This document shows, one piece after another, positions 38,701 through 53,600 of a stretch of DNA of 64,000 nt. Position numbers and translations under genes: made by a program. Position 1 is the stretch's first letter; every line of letters begins with the position of its first letter. The notes beneath the pieces are model-generated. The model saw nothing but the letters and a program-made list of their open reading frames with translations. It did not search any database and was not told where the DNA came from. Origin of the DNA: Eledone cirrhosa (lineage: Eukaryota); contig OZ024742.1 of NCBI GenBank assembly GCA_964016885.1, forward strand, positions 163,680,001 through 163,744,000, given 5' to 3'.

Positions 38701-41631
38701 CCTCTCCTTGGACGGCTGAAAATTATCTCCCCTTGGACGGCTGGAAATTATCTCCCCTTGATTTTTTTTACAAATTATCTCCCCCTGATTTTTTTTTACA
38801 AATTATCTCCCCCTGATTTTTTTTTACAAATTATCTCCCCCTCATTTTTTTTTTTAAATTATCCTCCCCTGATTTTTTTACAAATTATCTCCCCTTGGCT
38901 GGCTGGAAATTATCTCCCCTTGGAGGCTGGAATTTATCTCCCCTTGGACGGCTAGAAATTACCTCGCTTTGGACGGTTGGAAAATATGTCTCCTTGGACG
39001 GCTGGAAATTATCTCCCCTTGGACGGCTGGAAATTATCTCCCCTTGGACGGCTGGAAATTATCTCCCCTTGGACGGCTAGATATTACCTCCCCTTGGACG
39101 GCTGGAAATTATTTCCCCTTGATTTTTTTTACAAATTATCTCCCCCTGATTTTTTTTTACAAATTATCTCCCCCTGATTTTTTTTACGAATTATCTCCCC
39201 CTGATTTTTTTTTACAAATTATCTCCGCCTGATTTTTTTTTAAAAATTATCCCCCTTGAACGGCTGGAAATTATCTCCCCTTGGACGGCTGGAAATTATC
39301 TCCCCTTGGACGGCTAGAAATTACCTCTCCTTGGACGTCTGAAAATTATCTCCCATTGGACGGCTGCAAATTATCTCCCCTTGATTTTTTTAACAAATTA
39401 TCTCCCCCTGATTTTTTTTTACAAATTATCTCCCCCTGATTTTTTTTTACAAATTATCTACGCCTAATTTTTTTTACAAATTATCTCCCCCTGATTTTTT
39501 TTACAAATTATCTCCCCCTGATTTTTTTTACAAATTATCTCCCCCTGATTTTTTTTTACAAATTATCTCCCCCTGATTTTTTTACAAATTATCTCCCCCC
39601 TGATTTTTTTTACAATCTCCGCCTGATTTTTTTAAAAATTATCTTCCCTTGGCTGGCGGGAAATTATCTCCCCTTGGACGGCTGGAAATTATATCCCCTT
39701 GGAAGGATGGAAATTATCTCCCCTTGGACGGCTGGAAATTATCTCCCCTTGTACGGCTGGAAATTATCTCCCCTTGGACAGCTGGAAATTATCTGCCCTT
39801 GATTTTGTTTTTACAAATTATCTCCCCCTGATTTTTTTTACAAATTATCTCCACCTGATTTTTTAAAAAATTATCTCCCCTTGGACGGCTGGAAATTATC
39901 TCCCCTTGATTTTTTTTACAAATTATCTCCCCCTGATTTTTTTTTACAAATTATCTCCCCCTGATTTTTTTTTACAAATTATCTTCGCCTGATTTTTTTT
40001 AAAAATTATCTCTCCTTGGACGGCTGGATATTATCTCCCCTTTCATTTTTTTTACAAATTATCTCCCCCTGATTTTTTTTTACAAATTATCTACCCCTGA
40101 TTTTTTTTTACAAATTATCTCCCCCTGATTTTTTTTACAAATTATCTCCCCCTGATTTTTTTTTTACAAATTATCTCCCCCTGATTTTTTTACAAATTAT
40201 CTCCCCCTGATTTTTTTTACAAATTATCTCCGCCTGATTTTTTTAAATATTATCTTGCCTTGGCTGGCGGGAAATAATCTCCCCTTGGACGGCTGAAAAT
40301 TATCTCCCCTTGGACGGCTGGAAATTATCTCCCCTTGATTTTTTTTACAAATTATCTCCCCCTAATATTTTTTTACAAATTATCTCCCCCTGATTTTTTT
40401 TTACAAATTATCTCCCCCTGATTTTTTTTTACAAATTATCTCCCCATGATTTTTTTACAAATTATCTCCCCTTGGAGGCTGGAATTAATCTCCCCTTGGA
40501 CGGCTAGAAATTACCTCTCCTTGGACGGCTGGAAAATATGTCTCCTTGGACGGCTGGATATTATCTACCCTTGGACGGCTGGAAATTATCTCCCCTTGGA
40601 CGGCTGGAAATTATCTCCCCTTGGACGGCTAGATATTACCTCCCCTTGGACGGCTGGAAATTATCTCGCCTTGATTTTCTTTACAAATTATCTCCCCCTG
40701 ATTTTTTTTACAAATTATCTCCCCCTGATTTTTTTAAATATTATCTTCCCTTGGCTGGCGGGAAATTATCTCCCCTTGGACGGCTGAAAATTATCTCCCC
40801 TTGGACGGCTGGAAATTATCTCCCCTTGATTTTTTTTACAAATTATCTCCCCCTGATTATTTTTTACAAATTATCTCTTCCTGATTTTTTTTACAAATTA
40901 TCTCCCCCTGATTTCTTTTACAAATTATCTCCCCCTGATCTTTTTACAAATTATCTCCCCTTGGCTGGCTGGAAATTATCTCCCCTTGGAGGCTGGAATT
41001 TATCTCCCATTGGACGGCTAGAAATTACCTCTCCTTGGACGGCTGGAAAATATGTCTCCTTGGACGGCTGGAAATTATCTCCCCTTGGACGGCTGGAAAT
41101 TATCTCCCCTTGGACGGCTGGAAATTATCTCTCCTTGGACGGCTAGAAATTACCTCTCCTTGGACGGCTGAAAATTATCTCCCCTTGGACGGCTGGAAAT
41201 TATCTCCTCTTGATTTTTGTTACAAATTATCTCCCCCTGATTTTTTTTTACAAATTATCTCCCACTGATTTTTTTTTACAAATTATCTCCCCCTGATATT
41301 TTTTACAAATTATCTCCCCCTGATTTTTTTACAAATTATCTCCCCTTGGCTGGCTGGAAATTATCTCCCCTTGGAGGCTGGAATTTATCTCCCCTTGGAC
41401 GGCTAGAAATTACCTCTCCTTGGACGGCTAGAAAATATGTCTCCTTGGACGGCTGGAAATTATCTCCCCTTGGACGGCTGGAAATTATCTCCTCTTGGAC
41501 GGCTGGAAATTATCTCCCCTTGGGCGGCTAGATATTACCTCCCCTTGGACTACTGGAAATTATCTCCCCTTGATTTTTTTTACCAATTATCTCCCCCTGA
41601 TTTTTTTTTACAAATTATCTCCCCCTGATTT
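32770..41631 (+). repeat. Diverged duplicate of about 17050-25850 (offset 15.5-15.8 kb), containing a further about 5.8 kb unit at about 35.4-41.3 kb
   Basis: ORF offsets of 15,720 (17272/32992, 19856/35576), 15,747 (19233/34980), 15,544 (21718/37262) and 15,780 (23115/38895, 25566/41346). Shared variants GGACTACTGG (25771/41551) and TACCAATT (25801/41581). Confidence 0.85.
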
Positions 41632-44600
41632 TTTTTTACAAATTATCTCCCCCTGATTTTTTTTTACGAATTATCTCCGCCTGATTTTTTTTTAAATGAT
41701 CTCCCCTTGGACGGCTGGAAATTATCTCCCCTTGGACGGCTGGAAATTATCTCCCCTTGGACGGCTAGAAATTACCTCTCCTTGGACGGCTGAAAATTAT
41801 CTCCCCTTGGACGGCTGCAAATTATCTCCCCTTGATTTTTTTAACAAATTATCTCCCCCTGATTTTTTTTACAAATTATCTCCCCCTGATTTTTTTTACA
41901 AATTATCTACGCCTAATTTTTTTTACAAATTATCTCCCCCTGATTTTTTTTTACAAATTATCTCCCCTTGGACGGCTGGAAATTATCTCCCCTTGGACGG
42001 CTGGAAATTATCTCCCCTTGGACAGCTGGAAATTATCTGCCCTTGATTTTGTTTTTACAAATTATCTCCCCCTGATTTTTTTTTACAAATTATCTCCCCC
42101 TGATTTTTTTTTTACAAATTATCTCCCCCTGATTTTTTTACAAATTATCTCCCCCTGATTTTTTTTACAAATTATCTCCGCCTGATTTTTTTTTTAAAAT
42201 GATCTCCCCTTGGACGGCTGGAAATTATCTCCCCTTGGGCGGCTGGAAATTATCTCCCCTTGGACGGCTAGAAATTACCTCTCCTTGGACGGCTGAAAAT
42301 TATCTCCCCTTGGACGGCTGTAAATTATCTCCCCTTGATTTTTTTAACAAATTATCTCCCCCTGATTTTTTTTACAAATTATCTACGCCTAATTTTTTTT
42401 ACAAATTATCTCCCCTTGATTTTTTTTTACAAATTATCTCCCCCTGATTTTTTTAACAAATTATCTCCCCCTGATTTTTTTTACAAATTATCTCCCCCTG
42501 ATTTTTTTTACAAATTATCTACGCCTAATTTTTTTTACAAATTATCTCCCCTTGATTTTTTTTTACAAATTATCTCCCCCTGATTTTTTTTACAAATTAT
42601 CTCCCCCTGATTTTTTTTTACAAATTATCTCCCCCCTGATTTTTTTTACAATCTCCGCCTGATTTTTTTAAAAATTATCTTCCCTTGGCTGGCGGGAAAT
42701 TATCTCCCCTTGGACGGCTGGAAATTATATCCCCTTGGAAGGATGGAAATTATCTCCCCTTGGACGGCTGGAAATTATCTCCCCTTGGACGGCTGGAAAT
42801 TATCTCCCCTTGGACAGCTGGAAATTATCTGCCCTTGATTTTGTTTTTACAAATTATCTCCCCCTGATTTTTTTTACAAATTATCTCCACCTGATTTTTT
42901 AAAAAATTATCTCCCCTTGGACGGCAGTAAATTATCTCTCCTTGGCTGGAAATTAACTCCCCTTGGACGGCTAGAAATTATCTCTATTTGGACGGCTGGA
43001 AATTATCTCCCTTTGATTTTTTTTACAAATTATCTCCCCCTGATTTTTTTTTTAAATTATCTCTCCTTGGACGGTTGGAAATTATCTCCCCTTGATTTTT
43101 TTTACAAATTATCTCCCCCTGATTTTTTTTTACAAATTATCTCCCCCTGATTTTTTTTTACAAATTATCTACCCCTGATTTTTTTTTACAAATTATCTCC
43201 CCCTGATTTTTTTTACAAATTATCTCCCCCTGATTTTTTTACAAATTATCTCCCCCTGATTTTTTTTACAAATTATCTCCGCCTAATTTTTTTAAATATT
43301 ATCTTGCCTTGGCTGGCGGGAAATTATCTCCCCTTGGACGGCTGAAAATTATCTCCCCTTGGACGGCTGGAAATTATCTCCCCTTGGAGGCTGGAATTTA
43401 TCTCCCCTTGGACGGCAAGAAATTACCTCTCCTTGGACGGCTGGAAAATATGTCTCCTTGGACGGCTGGAAATTATCTCCCCTTGGACGGCTGGAAATTA
43501 TCTCCCCTTGGACGGCTGGAAATTATCTCTCCTCGGACGGCTAGAAATTACCTCTCCTTGGACGGCTGAAAATTATCTCCCCTTGGACGGCTGGAAATTA
43601 TCTCCCCTTGATTTTTTCACAAATTATCTCCCCCTGATTTTTTTTTACAAATTATCTCCCCCTGATATTTTTTACAAATTATCTTCCCCTGATTTTTTTA
43701 CAAATTATCTCCCCTTGGCTGGCTGGAAATTATCTCCCCTTGGAGGCTGGAATTTATCTCCCCTTGGACGGCTAGAAATTACCTCGCCTTGGACGGCTGG
43801 AAAATATGTCTCCTTGGACGGCTGGAAATTATCTCTTCTTGGACGGCTGGAAATGATCTCCCCTTGGACGGCTAGATATTACCTCCCCTTGGACGGCTGG
43901 AAATTATCTCCCCTTGATTTTTTTTACAAATTAGCTCCCCCTGATTTTTTTTTACAAATTATCTCCCCCTGATTTTTTTTTACGAATTATCTCCCCCTGA
44001 TTTTTTTTTACAAATTATCTCCGCCTGATTTTTTTTTTAAAATTATCTCCCCTTGGACGGCTGGAAATTATCTCCCCTTGGACGGCTGGAAATTATCTCC
44101 CCTTGGACGGCTAGAAGTTACCTCTCCTTGGACGGCTGAAAATTATCTCCCCTTGGACGGCTGCAAATTATCTCCCCTTGATTTTTTTAACAAATTATCT
44201 CCCCCTGATTTTTTCTTACAAATTATCTCCCCCTGATTTTTATTTACAAATTATCTACGCCTAATTTTTTTTACAAATTATCTCCCCCTGATTTTTTTTT
44301 ACAAATTATCTCCCCCTGATTTTTTTTTACAAATTATCTCCCCCTGATTTTTTTACAAATTATCTCCCCCCTGATTTTTATTACAATCTCCGCCTGATTT
44401 TTTAAAAAATTATCTTCCCTTGGCTGGCGGGAAATTATCTCCCCTTGGACGGCTGGAAATTATATCCCCTTGGAAGGATGGAAATTAACTCCCCTTGGAC
44501 GGCTGGAAATTATCTCCCCTTGGACGGCTGGAAATTATCTCCCCTTGGACAGCTGGAAATTATCTGCCCTTGATTTTGTTTTTACAAATTATCTCCCCCT

Positions 44601-47600
44601 GATTTTTTTTACAAATTATCTCCAACTGATTTTTAAAAAAATTATCTCCCCTTGGACGGCTGGAAATTATCTCCCCTTGGACGGCTAGAAATTATCTCTC
44701 TTTGGACGGCTGGAAATTATCTCCCCTTGGACGGCTAGAAATTATCTCTCTTTGGACGGCTGGAAATTATCTCCCTTTGATTTTTTTTACAAATTTCCCC
44801 CTGATTTTTAAAAAAAAATTATCTCCCCTTCGCTGGCTGGAAATTATCTCCCCTTGGACACTGGAAATTATAGCCCCTTGGAGGGCTGGAAATTATCTTC
44901 CCTTGGACGGCTGGAAATTATCTCCCCTTGATTTTTTTTACAAATAATCTCCCCCTGATTTTTTTTTACAAATTATCTCCCCCTGATTTTTTTTTACAAA
45001 TTATCTCCGCCTGATTTTTTTTTTAAATTATCTCTCCTTGGACGGCTGGAAATTATCTCCACTTGATTTTTTTTACAAATCATCTCCCCCTGATTTTTTT
45101 TTACAAATTATCTCCCCCTGATTTTTTTTTACAAATTATCTTCCCCTGATTTTTTTTTACAAATTATCTCCCCATGATTTTTTTTACAAATTATCTCCCC
45201 ATGATTTTTTTACAAATTATCTCCCCTTGGCTGGCTGGAAATTATCTCCCCTTGGAGGCTGGAATTTATCTCCCCTTGGACGGCTAGAAATTACCTCTCC
45301 TTGGACGGCTGGAAAATATGTCTCCTTGGACGGCTGGATATTATCTACCCTTGGACGGCTGGAAATTATCTCCCCTTGGACGGCTGGAAATTATCTCCCC
45401 TTGGACGGCTAGATATTACCTCCCCTTGGACGGCTGGAAATTATCTCCCCTTGATTTTTTTTACAAATTATCTCCCCCTGATTTTTTTTACAAATTATCT
45501 CCCCCTGATTTTTTTACAAATTATCTCCCCATGATTTTTCTACAAATTATCTCCGCCTAATTTTTTTAAATATTATCTTCCCTTGGCTGGCGGGAAATTA
45601 TCTCCCCTTGGACGGCTGAAAATTATCTCCCCTTGGACGGCTGGAAATTATCTCCCCTTGATTTTTTTACAAATTATCTCCCCCTGATTATTTTTTACAA
45701 ATTATCTCCCCCTGATTTTTTTTTACAAATTATCTCCCTCTGATTTTTTTTACAAATTATCTCCCCCTGATTTTTTTACAAATTATCGCCCCTTGGCTGG
45801 CTGGAAATTATCTCCCCTTGGAGGCTGGAATTTATCACCCCTTGGACGGTTAGAAATTACCTCTCCTTGGACGGCTGGAAAATATGTCTCCTTGGACGGC
45901 TGGAAATTATCTCCCCTTGGACGGCTGGAAATTATCTCCCCTTGGACGGCTGGAAATTATCTCTCCTCGGACGGCTAGAAATTACCTCTCCTTGGACGGC
46001 TGAAAATTATCTCCCCTTGGACGGCTGGAAATTATCTCCCCTTGATTTTTTTTACAAATTATCTCCCCCTGATTTTTTTTTACAAATTATCTCCCCCTGA
46101 TTTTTTTTTACAAATTATCTCCCCCTGATATTTTTTACAAATTATCTCCCCCTGATTTTTTTACAAATTATCTCCCCTTGGCTGGCTGGAAATTATCTCC
46201 CCTTGGAGGCTGGAATTTATCTCCCCTTGGACGGCTAGAAATTACCTCGCCTTGGACGGCTGGAAAATATGTCTCCTTGGACGGCTGGAAATTATCTCCC
46301 CTTGGACGGCTGGAAATTATCTCCCCTTGGACGGCTAGATATTACCTCCCCTTGGACGGCTGGAAATTATCTCCCCTTGATTTTTTTTTACAAATTATCT
46401 CCCCCTGATTTTTTTTTACAAATTATCTCCCCCTGATTTTTTTTTACGAATTATCTCCCCCTGATTTTTTTATCAAATTATCTCCGCCTGATTTTTTTAA
46501 AAAAATTATCTCCCCTTGGACGGCTGGAAATTATCTCCCCTTGATTTTTTTTACAAATTATCTCCCCCTGATTTTTTTTTACAAATTATCTCCCCCTGAT
46601 TTTTTTTTACAAATTATCTACCCCTGATTTTTTTTTACAAATTATCTCCCCCTGATTTTTTTTACAAATTATCTCCCCCTGATTTTTTTTTTACAAATTA
46701 TCTTCGCCTGATTTTTTTAAAAAAATTATCTCCCCTTGGACGGCTGGAAATTATCTCCCCTTGGACGGCTGGAAATTATCTCCCCTTGGACGGCTAGAAA
46801 TTACCTCTACTTGGACGGCTGAAAATTATCTCCCCTTGGACGGCTGCAAATTATCTCCCCTTGATTTTTTTTACAAATTATCTCCCCCTGATTTTTTTTT
46901 ACAAATTATCTCCCCTTGATTTTTTTTCTACAAATTATCTCCCCCTGATTTTTTTTACAATCTCCGCCTGATTTTTTAAAAAATTATCTTCCCTTGGCTG
47001 GCGGGAAATTATCTCCCCTTGGACGGCTGGAAATTATCTCCCCTTGGAAGGATGGAAATTATCTCCCCTTGCACGGCTGGAAATTATCTCCCCTTGGACA
47101 GCTGGAAATTATCTGCCCTTTATTTTGTTTTTACAAATTATCTCCCCCTGATTTTTTTTACAAATTATCTCCACCTGATTTTTTAAAAAATTATCTCCCC
47201 TTGGACGGCTGGAAATTATCTCCCCTTGGCTGGAAATTATCTCTCCTTGGATGGCTGGAAATTATCTCCCTTTGATTTTTTTTACAAATTATCTCCCTCT
47301 GATTTTTTTTACAAATTTCCCCCTGATTTAAAAAAAAAAATTATCTCCCCTTCGCTGGCTGGAAATTATCTCCCCTTGGACACTAGAAATTATAGCCCCT
47401 TGGAGGGCTGGAAATTATGTTCCCTTGGACGGCTGGAAATTATCTCCCCTTGATTTTTTTTACAAATTATCTCCCCCTGATTTTTTTTTACAAATTATCT
47501 CCCCCTGATTTTTTTTTACAAATTACCTCCGCCAGATTTTTTTTTTAAATTATCTCTCCTTGGACGGCTGGAAATTATCTCCCCTTGATTTTTTTTACAA

Positions 47601-50600
47601 ATTATCTCCCTCTGATTTTTTTTTTACAAATTATCTCCCCCTGATTTTTTTTTACAAATTATCTACCCCTGATTTTTTTTTACAAATTATCTCCCCCTGA
47701 TTTTTTTTACAAATTATCTCCCCCTGATTTTTTTTACAAATTATCTCCCCCTGATTTTTTTACAAATTATCTCCGCCTAATTTTTTTAAATATTATCTTC
47801 CCTTGGCTGGCGGGAAATTATCTCCCCTTGGACGGCTGAAAATTATCTCCCCTTGGACGGCTGGAAATTATCTCCCCTTGATTTTTTTACAAATTATCTC
47901 CCCCTGATTATTTTTTACAAATTATCTCCCCCTGATTTTTTTTTACAAATTATCTCCCCCTGATTTTTTTTACAAATTATCTCCCCCTGATTTTTTTACA
48001 AATTATCTCCCCTTGGCTGGCTGGAAATTATCTCCCCTTGGAGGCTGGAATTTATCACCCCTTGGACGGTTAGAAATTACCTCTCCTTGGACGGCTGGAA
48101 AATATGTCTCCTTGGACGGCTGGAAATTATCTCCCCTTGGACGGCTGGAAATTATCTCTCCTCGGACGGCTAGAAATTACCTCTCCTTGGACGGCTGAAA
48201 ATTATCTCCCCTTGGACGGCTGGAAATTATCTCCCCTTGATTTTTTTTACAAATTATCTCCGCCTGATTTTTTTAAAAATTATCTTCCCTTGGCTGGCGG
48301 GAAATTATCTCCCCTTGGACGGCTGGAAATTATCTCCCCTTGGAAGGATGGAAATTATCTCCCCTTGGACGGCTGGAAATTATCTCCCCTTGCACGGCTG
48401 GAAATTATCTCCCCTTGGACAGCTGGAAATTATCTGCCCTTGATTTTGTTTTTACAAATTATCTCCCCCTGATTTTTTTTACAAATTATCTCCACCTGAT
48501 TTTTTAAAAAATTATCTCCCCTTGGACGGCTGGAAATTATCTCCCCTTGGACGGCTAGAAATTATCTCTCTTTGGACGGCTGGAAATTATCTCCCTTTGA
48601 TTTTTTTTACAAATTATCTCCCTCTGATTTTTTTTACAAATTTCCCCCTGATTTTTTTAAAAAAATTATCTCCCCTTCGCTGGCTGGAAATTATCTCCCC
48701 TTGGACACTGGAAATTATAGCCCCTTGGAGGGCTGGAAATTATCTTCCCTTGAACGGCTGGAAATTATCTCCCCTTGATTTTTTTTACAAATTATCTCCC
48801 CATGATTTTTTTTTACAAATTATCTCCCCCTGATTTTTTTTTACAAATTATCTCCGCCTGATTTTTTTTTTAAATTATCTCTCCTTGGACGGCTGGAAAT
48901 TATCTCCCCTTGATTTTTTTTACATATCATCTCCCCCTGATTTTTTTTTACAAATTATCTCCCCCTGATTTTTTTTTACAAATTATCTACCCCTGATTTT
49001 TTTTACAAATTATCTCCACCTGATTTTTTTACAAATTATCTCCCGCTGATTTTTTTTACAAATTATCTCCGCCTAATTTTTTTAAATATTATCTCCCCTT
49101 GGACGGCTGAAAATTATCTCCCCTTGGACGGCTGGAAATTATCTCCCCTTGATTTTTTTACAAATTATCTCCCCCTGATTATTTTTTACAAATTATCTCC
49201 CCCTGATTTTTTTTTACAAATTATCTCCCCCTGATTTTTTTTACAAATTATCTCCCCTTGGAGGCTGGAATTTATCTCCCCTTGGACGGTTAGAAATTAC
49301 CTCTCCTTGGACGGCTGGAAAATATGTCTCCTTGGACGGCTGGAAATTATCTCCCCTTGGACGGCTGGAAATTATCTCCCCTTGCACGGCTGGAAATTAT
49401 CTCTCCTCGGACGGCTAGAAATTACCTCTCCTTGGACGGCTGAAAATTATCTCCCCTTGGACGGCTGGAAATTATCTCCCCTTGATTTTTTTTACAAATT
49501 ATCTCCCCCTGATTTTTTTTTACAAATTATCTCCCCCTGATTTTTTTTTACAAATTATCTCCCCCTCATTTTTTTTTTAAAATTATCCTCCCCTGATTTT
49601 TTTACAAATTATCTCCCCTTGGCTGGCTGGAAATTATCTCCCCTTGGAGGCTGGAATTTATCTCCCCTTGGACGGCTAGAAATTACCTCGCTTTGGACGG
49701 TTGGAAAATATGTCTCCTTGGACGGCTGGAAATTATCTCCCCTTGGACGGCTGGAAATTATCTCCCCTTGGACGGCTGGAAATTATCTCCCCTTGGACGG
49801 CTAGATATTACCTCCCCTTGGACGGCTGGAAATTATCTCCCCTTGATTTTTTTTACAAATTATCTCCCCCTGATTTTTTTTTACAAATTATCTCCCCCTG
49901 ATTTTTTTTACGAATTATCTCCCCCTGATTTTTTTTTACAAATTATCTCCGCCTGATTTTTTTTTAAAAATTATCCCCCTTGAACGGCTGGAAATTATCT
50001 CCCCTTGGACGGCTGGAAATTATCTCCCCTTGGACGGCTAGAAATTACCTCTCCTTGGACGGCTGAAAATTATCTCCCATTGGACGGCTGCAAATTATCT
50101 CCCCTTGATTTTTTTAACAAATTATCTCCCCCTGATTTTTTCTTACAAATTATCTCCCCCTGATTTTTTTTTACAAATTATCTACGCCTAATTTTTTTTA
50201 CAAATTATCTCCCCCTGATTTATTTTACAAATTATCTCCCCCTGATTTTTTTTACAAATTATCTCCCCCTGATTTTTTTTTACAAATTATCTCCCCCTGA
50301 TTTTTTTACAAATTATCTCCCCCCTGATTTTTTTTACAATCTCCGCCTGATTTTTTTAAAAATTATCTTCCCTTGGCTGGCGGGAAATTATCTCCCCTTG
50401 GACGGCTGGAAATTATATCCCCTTGGAAGGATGGAAATTATCTCCCCTTGGACGGCTGGAAATTATCTCCCCTTGTACGGCTGGAAATTATCTCCCCTTG
50501 GACAGCTGGAAATTATCTGCCCTTGATTTTGTTTTTACAAATTATCTCCCCCTGATTTTTTTTACAAATTATCTCCACCTGATTTTTTAAAAAATTATCT

Positions 50601-53600
50601 CCCCTTGGACGGCTGGAAATTATCTCCCCTTGATTTTTTTTACAAATTATCTCCCCCTGATTTTTTTTTACAAATTATCTCCCCCTGATTTTTTTTTACA
50701 AATTATCTTCGCCTGATTTTTTTTAAAAATTATCTCTCCTTGGACGGCTGGATATTATCTCCCCTTTCATTTTTTTTACAAATTATCTCCCCCTGATTTT
50801 TTTTTACAAATTATCTACCCCTGATTTTTTTTTACAAATTATCTCCCCCTGATTTTTTTTACAAATTATCTCCCCCTGATTTTTTTTTTACAAATTATCT
50901 CCCCCTGATTTTTTTACAAATTATCTCCCCCTGATTTTTTTTACAAATTATCTCCGCCTGATTTTTTTAAATATTATCTTGCCTTGGCTGGCGGGAAATA
51001 ATCTCCCCTTGGACGGCTGAAAATTATCTCCCCTTGGACGGCTGGAAATTATCTCCCCTTGATTTTTTTTACAAATTATCTCCCCCTAATATTTTTTTAC
51101 AAATTATCTCCCCCTGATTTTTTTTTACAAATTATCTCCCCCTGATTTTTTTTTACAAATTATCTCCCCCTGATTTTTTTTACAAATTATCTTCCCATGA
51201 TTTTTTTACAAATTATCTCCCCTTGGCTGGCTGGAAATTATCTCCCCTTGGAGGCTGGAATTAATCTCCCCTTGGACGGCTAGTAATTACCTCTCCTTGG
51301 ACGGCTGGAAAATATGTCTCCTTGGACGGCTGGATATTATCTACCCTTGGACGGCTGGAAATTATCTCCCCTTGGACGGCTGGAAATTATCTCCCCTTGG
51401 ACGGCTAGATATTACCTCCCCTTGGACGGCTGGAAATTATCTCGCCTTGATTTTCTTTACAAATTATCTCCCCCTGATTTTTTTTACAAATTATCTCCCC
51501 CTGATTTTTTTACAAATTATCTCCCCCTGATTTTTTTTACAAATTATCTCCGCCTAATTTTTTTAAATATTATCTTCCCTTGGCTGGCGGGAAATTATCT
51601 CCCCTTGGACGGCTGAAAATTATCTCCCCTTGGACGGCTGGAAATTATCTCCCCTTGATTTTTTTTACAAATTATCTCCCCCTGATTATTTTTTACAAAT
51701 TATCTCTTCCTGATTTTTTTTACAAATTATCTCCCCCTGATTTCTTTTACAAATTATCTCCCCCTGATCTTTTTACAAATTATCTCCCCTTGGCTGGCTG
51801 GAAATTATCTCCCCTTGGAGGCTGGAATTTATCTCCCATTGGACGGCTAGAAATTACCTCTCCTTGGACGGCTGGAAAATATGTCTCCTTGGACGGCTGG
51901 AAATTATCTCCCCTTGGACGGCTGGAAATTATCTCCCCTTGGACGGCTGGAAATTATCTCTCCTTGGACGGCTAGAAATTACCTCTCCTTGGACGGCTGA
52001 AAATTATCTCCCCTTGGACGGCTGGAAATTATCTCCCCTTGATTTTTTTTACAAATTATCTCCCCCTGATTTTTTTTTACAAATTATCTCCCCCTGATTT
52101 TTTTTTACAAATTATCTCCCCCTGATTTTTTTTTACAAATTATCTCCCCCTGATATTTTTTACAAATTATCTCCCCCTGATTTTTTTACAAATTATCTCC
52201 CCTTGGCTGGCTGGAAATTATCTCCCCTTGGAGGCTGGAATTTATCTCCCCTTGGACGGCTAGAAATTACCTCGCCTTGGACGGCTGGAAAATATGTCTC
52301 CTTGGACGGCTGGAAATTATCTCCCCTTGGACGGCTGGAAATTATCTCCCCTTGGACGGCTAGATATTACCTCCCCTTGGACGGCTGGAAATTATCTCCC
52401 CTTGATTTTTTTTTACAAATTATCTCCCCCTGATTTTTTTTTACAAATTATCTCCCCCTGATTTTTTTTTACGAATTATCTCCCCCTGATTTTTTTTACA
52501 AATTATCTCCGCCTGATTTTTTTAAAAAAATTATCTCCCCTTGGACGGCTGGAAATTATCTCCCCTTGATTTTTTTTACAAATTATCTCCCCCTGATTTT
52601 TTTTTACAAATTATCTCCCCCTGATTTTTTTTTACAAATTATCTACCCCTGATTTTTTTTTACAAATTATCTCCCCCTTATTTTTTTTACAAATTATCTC
52701 CCCCTGATTTTTTTTTTACAAATTATCTTCGCCTGATTTTTTTAAAAAAATTATCTCCCCTTGGACGGCTTGAAATTATCTCCCCTTGGACGGCTGGAAA
52801 TTATCTCCCCTTGGACGGCTAGAAATTACCTCTACTTGGACGGCTGAAAATTATCTCCCCTTGGACGGCTGCAAATTATCTCCCCTTGATTTTTTTTACA
52901 AATTATCTCCCCCTGATTTTTTTTTACAAATTATCTCCCCTTGATTTTTTTTCTACAAATTATCTCCCCCTGATTTTTTTTACAATCTCCGCCTGATTTT
53001 TTAAAAAATTATCTTCCCTTGGCTGGCGGGAAATTATCTCCCCTTGGACGGCTGGAAATTATCTCCCCTTGGAAGGATGGAAATTATCTCCCCTTGCACG
53101 GCTGGAAATTATCTCCCCTTGGACAGCTGGAAATTATCTGCCCTTTATTTTGTTTTTACAAATTATCTCCCCCTGATTTTTTTTACAAATTATCTCCACC
53201 TGATTTTTTAAAAAATTATCTCCCCTTGGACGGCTGGAAATTATCTCCCCTTGGCTGGAAATTATCTCTCCTTGGACGGCTGGAAATTATCTCCCTTTGA
53301 TTTTTTTTACAAATTATCTCCCTCTGATTTTTTTTACAAATTTCCCCCTGATTTAAAAAAAAAAATTATCTCCCCTTCGCTGGCTGGAAATTATCTCCCC
53401 TTGGACACTGGAAATTATAGCCCCTTGGAGGGCTGGAAATTATCTTCCCTTGGACGGCTGGAAATTATCTCCCCTTGATTTTTTTTACAAATTATCTCCC
53501 CCTGATTTTTTTTTACAAATTATCTCCCCCTGATTTTTTTTTACAAATTACCTCCGCCAGATTTTTTTTTAAAATTATCTCTCCTTGGACGGCTGGAAAT

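Larger units (their letters stand above)
9285..41631 (+). repeat. 32,347 bp higher-order unit, complete copy 1 (boundaries approximate to about 20 bp)
   Basis: ORF track repeats at exactly +32,347 from 9349/41696 to 31167/63514. Private variants match, e.g. GGCAAGA A11070/A43417 and CTAGAAG G11770/G44117. Confidence 0.92.
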
